Below are positions 1 to 12,900 of a stretch of DNA of 64,000 bases, in pieces; the first letter of the stretch is position 1, and the number at the start of each line of letters is the position of its first letter. Under the pieces are notes generated by a model. It searched no databases and was not told where the DNA came from. It worked only from the letters and a program-made list of their open reading frames with translations. Origin of the DNA: Macrostomum hystrix (lineage: Eukaryota > Animalia > Platyhelminthes); NCBI GenBank assembly GCA_950097015.1, contig CATNEN010000039.1, forward strand, positions 12,586,001-12,650,000, in the 5' to 3' direction. Both the position numbers and the translations under genes were made by a program.

Positions 1-840
1 TCCATCCCGATTCCCAGGGTTCTGATGCTAATCCATCCCGATTCCTAGGGTTCTGATGCTAACCCATCCAGATTCCTAGGGTTTTGATGCTAACCCATCC
101 CGATTCCTAGGGTTCTGATGCTAATCCATCCCGATTCCCAGGGTTCTGGTGCTAACCCATCGCGATTCCCAGTGTTCTGATGCTAATCCATCCCGATTCC
201 CAGTGTTCTGATGCTAATCCATCCCGATTCCCAGTGTTCTGATGCTAATCCATCCCGATTCCCAGTGTTCTGATGCTATCCCATCCCGATTCCCAGTGTT
301 CTATTTCTAATCCATCCCGATTCGCAGGGTTATTATGCTAATCCATCCCGATTCGCAGGGTTCTAATGCTAATCCATCCCGATTCCCGGTGTTCTGATGC
401 TAATCCATCCCGATTCCCAGGGTTCTGATGCTAATCCATCCCGATTCCCAGTGTTCTGATGCTAACCCATCCAGATTCCCAGTGTTCTGATGCTAATCCA
501 TCCCGATTCGCAGGGTTCTGATGCTAATCCATCCCGATTCCCAGGGTTCTGATGCTAATCCATCCCGATTCCCTGTGTTCTGATGCTAATCCATCCCGAT
601 TCCCAGGGTTCTGATGCTAATCCATCCCGATTCCCTGTGTTCTGATGCTAACCCATCCCGATTCGCAGGGTTATAATGCCAACCCATCCACATTCCCAGT
701 GTTCTGATGCTAATCCATCCCGATTCCCAGTGTTCTAATGCTAATCCATCTTGATTTCCTGTGTTCTGATGCCAATCTCCTTAGATTTTTAAGGTTTTGA
801 GCTAATCCTCTCAGGTTTCCGAGTTTCTGATGCTAATCCC
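1..840. repeat. 30-bp intronic minisatellite (CTAATCCATCCCGATTCCCAGGGTTCTGATG-type), decaying at the right end
   Basis: About 25 visible tandem copies upstream of the ABCA acceptor at 945. Confidence 0.95.
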
Positions 841-945
841 TTTTGGTTCTTAAGTTTTTATGTGTCTATTTTTGGCAAACTTCTTTCACAAATGTCATCC
901 TAGTTTAACCATAATTTTATCCTCGGGATTTTCTAAACCGCACAG

Positions 946-3900
946 AATCCGGTGATCTACCGCCCATTGCTCCGGAATATCGGCCGATTCCGGACACTCC
1001 GTGCACTCGCACGCATTCGCATGCTTTATTTGGTGCAGTCTCGCATTTTCATTCTGTTCTACTGCTGACCGCGCTAGCCTCTTTAATGCTTCAGGTATGG
1101 CCCATTTAGAATAATTTTATATATGAGACCATTTTCAAACCTCAAAACTTTTCCGTTTCTCCACTGTACACGTAGGCTGACCTGTTCCCGCTGTGCAGTC
1201 TACGTCGTGCCGGCTTCCTTCGCCTGATGTACTTTAGCGGCCTGGAGCCCGTCATCGCCTGGCTGGCAGCCTGCATTTGGGGCCTGGCCGAGTGCTTCGC
1301 CGTGGCGTTGGCCGTAGCCGTAGCCTACAAGTGCCAGTGTCCGGGCGAGGCGCTGGAGCCGGCGAGGTTCGGTCTGGCCTTCCTAGCTGTCACCTGCTCA
1401 GCTGTGCACTACCTGGCCTGCGGACTGCTGGCTGTGTCCTGTGGTCATTTTGGCTATGTGAGTTATTGGTCATTAACCTACTCAGTGTGCTCAGTTTGGC
1501 TATGTGAGTTATTGGTCATTAACCTACTCAGTGATCACAGTTCGAGTTGGTCGTTAATGTACTCAGTGTTATCAGTTCGAGTTGGTCGTTAATGTACTCA
1601 GTGTTATCAGTTCGAGTTGGTCGTTAATGTACTCAGTGTTATCAGTTCGAGTTGGTCGTTAATGTACTCAGTGTTATCTGTTCGAGTTGGTCGTTAATGT
1701 ACTCAGTGTTATCTGTTCGAGTTGGTCGTTAATGTACTCAGTGTTATCTGTTCGAGTTGGTCGTTAATGTACTCAGTGTTATCTGTTCGAGTTGGTCGTT
1801 AATGTACTCAGTGTGCTCAGTTCGGCTTTGTTGGAGAGTTATCAGTTCTACAAGACAGAAGAAGTTGTAGCCTAGTGGTTAGGGCGTCGGACTCACTACT
1901 TAAAGGTCGAGGGTTCAATTCCCGACTCCACAGGAGCAATATATGTCTCCTTTAGCGAGACACTTAACTCTGCATTGCTTCAGTTCACCCAGCTGTTAAA
2001 TGGGTACTAGAATTAAAGATGGGTTTGGCGTCCCCCCAGTCCATGGACTGAACAGCTGTACGCAGCCTTCAGATGCGTCGCGCAATAGCTGCGGCTGTGC
2101 TGTCAGCTGCACATCTGACCCAATTCGGGCAGGTGTAATCAATTATTACTTATTAATTATTAATAAATTTATCAGTAAAGGCTAGTTTATGCATAAACGT
2201 CAATATATCATATGTTATTTAAGAATAGTTTATTTTTTACTAAAAAACTTAGTTTGGTCGGGGAGGGGCTCGAACCCTCGACCTTCGCGTTATCAGCACG
2301 ACGCTCTAACCAACTGAGCTACACGACCTCGCCAATCAACGAGTAATTTGTTCCTCTTTTTTTAAATGTAATCCGTTCAGACCTAGGCCTTTTTACTATC
2401 TATAAACCTGGCAGTCGCAGTACGTGCCAATCGCCAAAATAGCGGACAGAAGTTATTTCTATTTTTAGTCTCGTTTTCTTTATTTAGTAACGTCTACCGA
2501 ACTCCACAAATAGCTGACAGTTATCGATTAGAACTGGCACTGAAAGACCCGAATTTCGATTTCTATCATAAAAAGAATTTATAAAATTATGGCTTGTTAT
2601 TTGCGCTAGTCCTACTTCTCCTACTTCTACACATGAGGCATAGTCTATTTAGCGTTTTTTGTAGGCCTAAGATAAAAAACTGATTCTATTTTAAAAAAAA
2701 AGATTCGTGCTAAAAATGCTCATAAGGAGATTATGATCAACACAAATGATCATGGATATATTCAGACCAACGCAAGCACTCATGGAAAAATTTGAAGACA
2801 AACGTTCATAAAGATACTTTGACCAACACAAACCTTCGGAAAGAGATTGTGACCAACACAAACCTTCGTAAAGAGATTGTGACCAACACAAACGCTCATA
2901 AAGCGATTTTGACCAACACAAACCTTCGTAAAGAGATTGTGACCAACACAAACGCTCATGAAGAGATTGTGACCAACACAAACGTCCATAAAGAGATTGT
3001 GACCAACACAAACGCTCATAGAGAGATTGTGACCAACACAAACGCTCATAAAGAGATTGTGACCAACAAAAACGCTCATAGAGAGATTTTGACCAACACA
3101 AACGCTCATGAAGAGATTGTGACCAACACAAACGCTCATGAAGAGATTGTGACCAACACAAACGCTCATGAAGAGATTGTGACCAACACAAACGCTCATA
3201 AAGAGACTGTGACCAACACAAACGCTCATAAAGCGATTTTGACCAACACAAACCTTCGTAAACAGATCGTGACCAACACAAACGCTCATAAAAAGCTTGT
3301 GACCAACACAAACGCTCATAAAGCGATTTTGACCAACACAAACCTTCGTAAAGAGATTTTGACCAACACAAGCGCTCATGAAGAGATTGTGACCAACACA
3401 AACACTAATTTATACATTTTGACCAACACAAACACCAATTTATACATTTTGACAATGTATAATGTATGTTTTGACAATGTATGTTTTGACAATTTATACA
3501 AAAGCACGCGTAAATTTAGATTTCTTAGAAATCGCTGCAGAAAACAAAATCATTGCAGAAAACCAACTCTACCCCTTATACTTGGCCACAGGTCGTTCTG
3601 TCTCTCCTACTCGTCCACCTGCTCTCTCTAGCCGGCTCATTTGTCGTCGCGTTTGTCGGCTCAGAAACAACTAAAGCTGCCGTTCGTCTGTTACTATCTG
3701 TACTACTGCCCGGCTCCCAGTTGAACACATTCTTGTTTGAATCCGCTGTGCCAACTTCGAGCGGCGGCAAGCCGAATGCTCTGCGCGCTGAGAACATCGG
3801 CCTGCTCTGCGCCGGCTTCTGCGCCTCCTGCCTACTAGCCGTGGCCGCTCTATACGCTGACACATCCAGCCAGGCGGGTCCGAAGGTTCGCGGCCTTGGT

Positions 3901-6900
3901 CGCCGGTTCATTTGCTATCCGCTGCAGCGACTGTTTGCCAGCTGCAGAACTGCTGCCAATGTCCAAGTAGAACCTTTGCCGGCGGAAGATGTGAATCCTC
4001 AAAAAGTTGAGTTTGCAGATCCCAGCTGGGAGGCCATTGTTCAAGCCAGGCGACTGACTAAAGCTTACTGTACCGGCGACCAGCAACAAGGTGCTATTGG
4101 AAATAGCTCATGCTGCTGCTGCCGACAGAATCGGACTAAAAATGCGTTGGATAATTTTTCAGGTTCGTTTTTTATCGCCGAGTTTAAATGATTGTTCGTA
4201 ATTTTAATCAACACGTTGAAGCCTTGTGGTTAGAGCATCCGACTCACGAAGGTCAGGGGTTCGATTTCCGACTCCACTGGAATAATTTGTGTCCTTTAGC
4301 AAGAGACTAATTAAATCTGCATTGCTTCAGTTCACCCAGCTGTTAAATGGGTACCAGCATTAGCTGGCATAATTGAAGGTGGGTGTGGCGTAACCTCAGT
4401 CCATGGACTGAACAGCTGTACGCAGCCTTCAGATGCGCCGGACAATAGCTGCGGCTGTGCTGTCGGCGGCACATCTGGCCCAATTGGGGCAGTTTTAATA
4501 TATTATTATTATTATTATTATTATTATTAGTATTAGTTCTAACTGTGTACACTAAATGCATCTAGTCAAGGATCAATAGCAGTAAAAGGGCGAATTTCGG
4601 CGATAAACTAGCCTCCTTAAACTTTTTTCTAAGAAACGTAGCTTTCCTTCCTTTAACTCCCAGTCCCCGTTGAGTCTAGTATTGCAAATGTTTAAGATTT
4701 TCCAGTGTTCCCTTCCAGCTAATATCTACGCCGACCAGATCACCGCTCTGATTGGTCCGAATGGTTCCGGCAAGTCGACGCTGATTCGTCTGCTGGCCGG
4801 CGACGAAATGCCAACCAGCGGGATGGCCTGCGTGCTGGGCAAGAGCGTCACCGACCCCATTCAGCGGCTGCGCGTGGCTGGACGCATCGGAATCTGCTAT
4901 CAGGTGAGATCACCTCAGGTCTATTTCATGCTCTACCTCAGCTCTAGTCTTATGGGGTTTTCGCCTAGTGGTTAAAGCGTTGGACTCACGACTTAAAACT
5001 TCGCTGGAACAATTTGTATCTTTTAGCGAGACGATTAACTCTGCATTGCTGTTAAATAGATACCAGCATTAGCCTGGGTAATTACTTCAGTGTACTTCAG
5101 TGATAGCTGATTCCCGCCAATCCTCAGGAGAATGTCCTGTGCGAGAGCCTAACAGTCTGGGAGTCCGTCAGAGCCGTCCTGGTCAGCCGCGGTCGCGATA
5201 CTCCCGATCAGCGGGCCGCATCTCGCAGCCTTCTGAACAGCCTGGGCCTGTCTGGCCGGCTATTGAACCGGCCGTCAACCGGACTCAGCGGCGGTCAGCA
5301 GCGGAAGGTGTGCGCGGCCCTGGCTCTTGCCGGCGACCCGGTCATGATCCTGCTAGACGAGCCGTCTAGCGGCCTGGATCCTCTGTCCCGACGGTCGTTG
5401 TGGTCGGCCCTGTCCCACCTCAAAGCTGGTCGGTGCGTGCTGCTCAGCACCCAGTTTATGGACGAAGCCGATCTATTGGCCGACAGAAAACTGCTGCTGG
5501 GTGATGGCAAACTGATCTGCGCCGGTTCTTCTCTGTTTATCAAAGGTATATATAAATGCGGCTGCGTTGCTCACGTTGAGACTGAGCAGCCCCAGGAGCT
5601 GGCTAAACTGATTGTCAGCGACTTGAAAGACAACATCGCCAGCTCTGCGGACTCGACCGATGCTAAAAAAGAAGAAGTGACGGCTGTTGTCACTGCGGCC
5701 AAGGAGGTTGAGGTTAGAGCGCCTAGGGAGAAACTGACTCAGGTGAGTTCGGCTGTTTGGATTTCACACTAATTAATCCCAATCCTACCACTATCATCCT
5801 CTCAATTCCACTATTTTTTATCTTTAATCCTATCACTCTCAACCTCAATCCCACTACTCAAATACCAAATCCCACTACTTTAATCCTTAATCCCACTACT
5901 CTAATCCTTAATCCCACTACTCTAATCCTCAAGCCCACTATTCTAATCCTCAATACCGCTACTATAATAATAAATACCGCTACTCTAATCCTCAATTCGC
6001 TACTCTAATCCTAAATACCGCTACTCTAATCCTAAATACCGCTACTCTAATCCTAAATACCGCTACTCTAATCCTCAATTCGCTACTATAATCCTAAATA
6101 CCGCTACTCTATTCCTAAATACCGCTACTCTAATCCTAAATACCGCTACTCTAATCCTAAATACCGCTACTATAATCCTAAATACCGCTACTATAATCCT
6201 AAATACCGCTACTCTAATCCTAAATACCGCTACTATAATCCTAAATACCGCTACTATAATCCTAAATACCGCTACTCTAATCCTCAATTCGCTACTATAA
6301 TCCTAAATACCGCTACTCTATTCCTAAATACCGCTACTCTAATCCTAAATACCGCTACTCTAATCCTAAATACCGCTACTATAATCCTAAATACCGCTAC
6401 TATAATCCTAAATACCGCTACTCTAATCCTAAATACCGCTACTATAATCCTAAATACCGCTACTCTAATCCTAAATACCGCTACTCTAATCCTAAATACC
6501 GCTACTCTATTCCTAAATACCGCTACTCTAATCCTAAATACCGCTACTCTAATCCTAAATACCGCTACTCTAATCCTCAATCCCGCTACTATAATCCTAA
6601 ATACCGCTACTCTAATCCTCAATTCGCTACTATAATCCTAAATACCGCTACTCTAATCCTAAATACCGCTACTATAATCCTAAATACCGCTACTCTAATC
6701 CTAAATACCGCTACTCTAATCCTCAATCCCGCTACTATAATCCTAAATACCGCTACTCTAATCCTCAATTCGCTACTATAATCCTAAATACCGCTACTCT
6801 ATTCCTAAATACCGCTACTCTAATCCTAAATACCGCTACTCTAATCCTAAATACCGCTACTATAATCCTAAATACCGCTACTATAATCCTAAATACCGCT

Positions 6901-9900
6901 ACTCTAATCCTAAATACCGCTACTATAATCCTAAATACCGCTACTCTAATCCTCAATTCGCTACTATAATCCTAAATACCGCTACTCTATTCCTAAATAC
7001 CGCTACTCTAATCCTAAATACCGCTACTCTAATCCTAAATACCGCTACTATAATCCTAAATACCGCTACTATAATCCTAAATACCGCTACTCTAATCCTA
7101 AATACCGCTACTATAATCCTAAATACCGCTACTCTAATCCTAAATACCGCTACTCTAATCCTCAATTCGCTACTCTAATCCTCAATACCGCTACTCTAAT
7201 CCTAAATACCGCTACTATAATCCTAAATACCGCTACTCTAATCCTAAATACCGCTACTCTAATCCTCAATTCGCTACTCTAATCCTCAATACCGCTACTC
7301 TATTCCTAAATACCGCTACTCTAATCCTAAATACCGCTACTATAATCCTAAATACCGCTACTCTATTCCTAAATACCGCTACTCTAATCCTCAATTCGCT
7401 ACTATAATCCTAAATACCGCTACTCTATTCCTAAATACCGCTACTCTAATCCTAAATACCGCTACTCTAATCCTAAATACCGCTACTATAATCCTAAATA
7501 CCGCTACTATAATCCTAAATGCCGCTACTCTAATCCTAAATACCGCTACTCTAATCCTCAATCCCGCTACTATAATCCTAAATACCGCTACTCTAATCCT
7601 CAATTCGCTACTATAATCCTAAATACCGCTACTCTATTCCTAAATACCGCTACTCTAATCCTAAATACCGCTACTCTAATCCTAAATACCGCTACTATAA
7701 TCCTAAATACCGCTACTCTAATCCTAAATACCGCTACTCTAATCCTCAATTCGCTACTCTAATCCTCAATACCGCTACTATAATCCTCAATACCGCTACT
7801 ATAATAATAAATACCGCTACTATAATCCTCAATACCGCTACTATAATCCTAAATACCGCTACTCTAATCCTCAATTCGCTACTATAATCCTAAATACCGC
7901 TACTCTAATCCTCAATTCGCTACTATAATCCTAAATACCGCTACTATAATCCTAAATACCGCTACTCTAATCCTCAATTCGCTACTATAATCCTAAATAC
8001 CGCTACTCTATTCCTAAATACCGCTACTCTAATCCTCAATTCGCTACTATAATAATAAATACCGCTACTCTAATCCTCAATTCGCTACTATAATCCTCAA
8101 TACCGCTACTCTATTCCTAAATACCGCTACTCTAATCCTAAATACCGCTACTCTATTCCTAAATACCGCTACTCTATTCCTAAATACCGCTACTCTATTC
8201 CTAAATACCGCTACTCTAATCCTAAATACCGCTACTCTAATCCTAAATACCGCTACTCTTATCCTCAATACCGCTACTCTAATCCTCAATTCGCTACTAT
8301 AATCCTAAATACCGCTACTCTAATCCTAAATACCGCTACTATAATCCTAAATACCGCTACTCTATTCCTAAATACCGCTACTCTAATCCTCAATACCGCT
8401 ACTATAATCCTAAATACCGCTACTATAATCCTAAATACCGCTACTCTAATCCTCAATACCGCTACTCTAATCCCAAATCTCCCTACTCTCGTTCCAGCTG
8501 GCCAAGTGGCTGGAGAAGGAGAAGTCTGCTGAACAAGGTCGCATCTCCAACTTCGGCCTCTCGCTGACGGGCTTAGACAGCGTGTTTCAACTCACCGGCG
8601 AGGCGGACGACGCCGCCAAGGCCGCCGACACTCTGGACGCTGCTGCCTTAGAGACAGTTGCCGGGTCTGGTTCTTCTAGCCGCGAATTGAAGCAATTCTC
8701 TGTGATGTTGCAGATGAACATTCGCAGACTGCGGCGCGATGGCTGCCGCATTGCCTGCCGGCTTTTCATGCCCAGCCTCCTGTTTGCCATCTTCCTGGCT
8801 GTGCTCATCGTCACCCGGGCGTCGATGGATTCTCCGCCTGGGCCTCTAGTCGGCTTGAATTCGCGCATGCCTCTTCAATTCCGTCCGAGCGAAATCTTTA
8901 CCAGCGTGTCCGGCGTCTGCCTGGCAGACGTCGGCGCCACTCCGCCGCAGGAAACCGACTGCGACAAACTGCTCACTGGCGGCATAAAAAGCTACGTTAA
9001 AGACATTAAGGTACTGCTCAAACCGGCCGACGTGTCGCTGACGACCTTTCTTAGCTGGCCAGATGTGAGTCTTGCTAAATGGCTGCTCTTTATCAACTTC
9101 CCTACTTTTCCCCCCTTCCGCCTTTCCCGTCATTATTTACGCCCCTCCCTTCATCCTTTCAGCCCCTCCCTTCATCCTTTCAGCCCCTCCCTTCATCCTT
9201 TCAGCCCCTCCCTTCATCCTTTCAGCCCCTCCATTCATCCTTTCAGCCCCTCCCTTCATCCTTTCCGCCCCTCCCTTCATCCTTTCGCCCCTCCCTTCAT
9301 TCTTTCCGCCCCTCCCTTCACACTTTCAGCCCCTCCCTTCATTATTTCCGCCCCTCCCCTCATCCTTTCGCCCCTCCCTTCATCCTTCAGCCCCTCCCTT
9401 CATCCTTCAGCCCCTCCCTTCATCATTTCAGCCCCTCCCTTCATTCCCTCCGCCCCCTTCATTCCTTCCGCCCCCTTTATTCCCTCCGCCCCCTTCATTC
9501 CTTCCGCCCCCTTCATTCCTTCCGCCCCCTTTATTCCTTCCGCTCCCTTTATTCCTTCCGCCCCCTTCATTCCTTCCGCCCCCTTTATTCCTTCCGCTCC
9601 CTTTATTCCTTCCGCTCCCTTTATTCCTTCCGCCCCCTTCATTCCTTCCGCCCCCTTCATTCCTTCCGCCCCCTTTATTCCTTCCGCTCCCTTTATTCCT
9701 TCCGCTCCCTTTATTCCTTCCGCTCCCTTTATTCCTTCCGCTCCCTTTATTCCTTCCGCCCCCTTCATTCCTTCCGCCCCCTTCATTCCTTCCGCCCCCT
9801 TTATTCCTTCCGCTCCCTTTATTCCTTCCGCTCCCTTTATTCCTTCCGCTCCCTTTATTCCTTCCGCTCCCTTTATTCCTTCCGCCCCCTTCATTCCTTC

Positions 9901-12900
9901 CGCCCCCTTTATTCCTTCCGCTCCCTTTATTCCTTCCGCTCCCTTTATTCCTTCCGCCCCCTTCATTCCTTCCGCCCCCTTCATTCCTTCCGCCCCCTTT
10001 ATTCCTTCCGCTCCCTTTATTCCTTCCGCCCCCTTCATTCCTTCCGCCCCCTTCATTCCTTCCGCCCCCTTCATTCTTTCCGCCTATCCCTCACTTCAAT
10101 CCGCCCTTTCCCTTTTCTTTCCGTCCCTCCTGCCCTACTTTCGGATAATTGCTGCCGCCTCTCCGCCCCTTCCCTCCTATCCGCCCCCTCCTTCACTTAT
10201 CCGCCCCTGTTTCTCCCCTCCGCCCCTTCTTCTTACCGGCCTGTCCTGTTTTCTGCCCCTTCGATAATATGCAAAATCCGGTTCTCCGCTGCCCGCCGGT
10301 CCCTCAGACTCAGGCTCAGTTCCAGAAGGCCTGCTCCTACGCGCTCCAGTGCCCGCTGGCTTACGCCAACGATTGGTCGCTTGCTGGCGGGCTGGGTGGC
10401 AATGCCAATCGCACCGTCTACTTCGGTTTCTACTTTGACGAAAAGGAGTACACAGCCATGAGCAACGTTGTCCAACTCATTAAGGGCTACAGCACTCTGG
10501 CTAAACACTTCGGATTGCAACTGCGTCAGATCCCAGACATCGATATTGATAATTTTGTTGGTAAGTTAAACAAAAATATGCTTTCTTTATTATTTTAACT
10601 ACTTATCACCTGAGATGGCTCATATGCCAGGGATAATCCCCTGACACCCCAGATTCTAATCTGGATCATCCCCAGTGATAATCCCCTGACACCCCAGATT
10701 CTAATCTGGATCATCCCCGGGGATAATCCCCTGACACCCCAGATTCTAATCTGGATCATCCCCAGTGATAATCCCTTGACACCCCAGATTCTAATCTGGA
10801 TCATCCCCAGGGATAATCCCCTGACACCCCAGATTCTAATCTGGATCATCCCCAGTGATAATCCCCTGCCACCCTAGATTCTAATCTGGATCATCCCCAG
10901 TGATAATCCCCTGACACTCCAGATTCTAATCTGGATCATCCCCAATGATAATCCCCTGACACCCCAGATTCTAATCTTTATCCCCAGGGATAATCCTCTG
11001 ACACCCCAGATTCTAATCTGGATCATCCCCAGTGATAATCCCCTGCCACCCTAGATTCTAATCTAGATAATCCCCTGACACACCAGATTATAATCTGGAT
11101 AATCCCCTGACACCCTAGATTCTAATCTAGATAATCCCCTGACACACCAGATTCTAATCTAGATAATCCCGACACACCAGATTCTAATCTAGATAATCCC
11201 CTGACACCCTAAATTCTAAACTGGATCATCCCCAGTGATAATCCCCTGCCACCCTAGATTCTAATCTGGATAATCCCCAGTGATAATCCCCTGACACCCT
11301 AGATTCTAATCTGGATAATCCCCAGTGATAATCCCCTGACACCCCAGATTCTAATCTGGATAATCCCCAGTGCTAATCTATCGCAATGGATTATCCCCAA
11401 TCTTCCATCCTGCCTCCGCCAGAGCCTGCTGACAACCTTGTTCCGTTAAAGAACGCATCAGCTTACTCAATGGGCGCCATCATTCGCAATCCGCTGGAAT
11501 CGTCATTTTACCTTGACCTGCCCATGTGGGCCCTGCTGCTGCTTATCTCAGTCATCCCTGTCAGCCTGCTGGGAGATGCAATCGAGGATCGATCTACTGG
11601 GCTACGATCGCAGCTGCGGTCAATGGGTGTCTCGGCATTGGGCTACTGGTGCAGCACATGCCTGGTGCACTGGCTGCAGTACCTCCTGCTCTGCCTGCCC
11701 GCCTGCGTTGCTATGGTAATTGTCCTGCCGCAGACCTACACCAATGCCTATTATATAATAGGTGTATTCCTTGTGCTGCTACTGATAGGCCTGCCAGTTA
11801 ACCAGCTCATTGTATACGTGGCATCCACCTGGTTGCGCCAATCAAATGCTGTTGCTACTGGCATACTGTTTGTTGTCTGTATAGCATGCGGCCTAGCGCC
11901 ACTGCTGGTGCAATTGAATAACTTCCTTGGCCTGGCCCTAATTGTCCTGTGGCCGCCCTACGCTGTCATCGGCCTGCCGTTCTATGCTAGCAAAGCCGCT
12001 GCTAATGCGGCCGAGTTCTATGGCCAAGCTGGTCCGAGCGGCGTCTATAATCTGTTCCAGATCTATGCTAGCAACCCTCTGCTTCTGCTCAGCCTGGCCA
12101 GTGTGCTTTTTCACTTCTGCCTTCTCACCGGCCTGCTGGCTGCTCGGGAGCGAGGCCTGCGCGCTCTATTGTCAGCCGCCGTTAGCCAATGCTGCAATTC
12201 TAAGGAGCGAATTCGTGCGGCATGCTTCAGGGGCCTGCTTCGACGATGGGGGCCGATCAGCAATGCGCGCGATCAGCCCGACTCCATTTTGATGACGAGG
12301 CGTGAGTCCTAGCAATGCCTGAATCCCTAGGATAAACATGCCAGCCTCCCATATCCTTAGGATCAGTCTATCAATCTCCCGGATCCTCAGAATCAATCTA
12401 TCAATATTATATCATATCCTCAGTATCAATCTAATAAACTTCCGGATCCTCAGGATCAATCTATCAATATATCATATTCTAAGTAACAATTTATTAATCT
12501 TCCGGATCCTCAGTATCAAACTGTCAACCTCACAGATCCTCAGTATCAATCTGTCAACCTCACAGATCCTCAGTATCAATCTGTCAACCTCACAGATCCT
12601 CAGTATCAATCTGTCACCCGGCCGAAAATAAATGTCCTTTAAAAGCGTCAAATGGCACATAAAAAATGAATTAGAGCGAAGCGCAAAATAACTGTCGAAA
12701 CGTCCGGAAAATGGGCTTTTTCGACAATTGGTGGCACAGCGTGGCACAAATTTTACTGTGCCAAGCTGTGCCATATGGCCTAAGTGAGACAATTAGAAAT
12801 CGATCATTTTAATTGTGCACTACTATGCCACAACTGTGTCAGTCGTCCTAGTTCGTTTTGAATACATATAATTGCGCACAACTGTGCCAGAAATGTGCCA

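Noticed and set aside
1864-1935. tRNA-like heads at 1864, 4220, 30048, 33955 and 57945 as tRNA genes
   Set aside because: No complete cloverleaf; each continues into a shared SINE body and tail.
2691-3450. Repetitive ORFs (also 6075-8289, 23559-24296, 24622-25131, 44132-44487, 45106-45654, 59953-62721)
   Set aside because: Open only because the repeat units lack stops in several frames; no coding context.
9065-10267. Long Pro-rich or collagen-like ORFs (FIPSAP, KGAEG)
   Set aside because: Translations of an 18-bp intronic minisatellite; the real exon ends at the GTGAGT donor at 9065.
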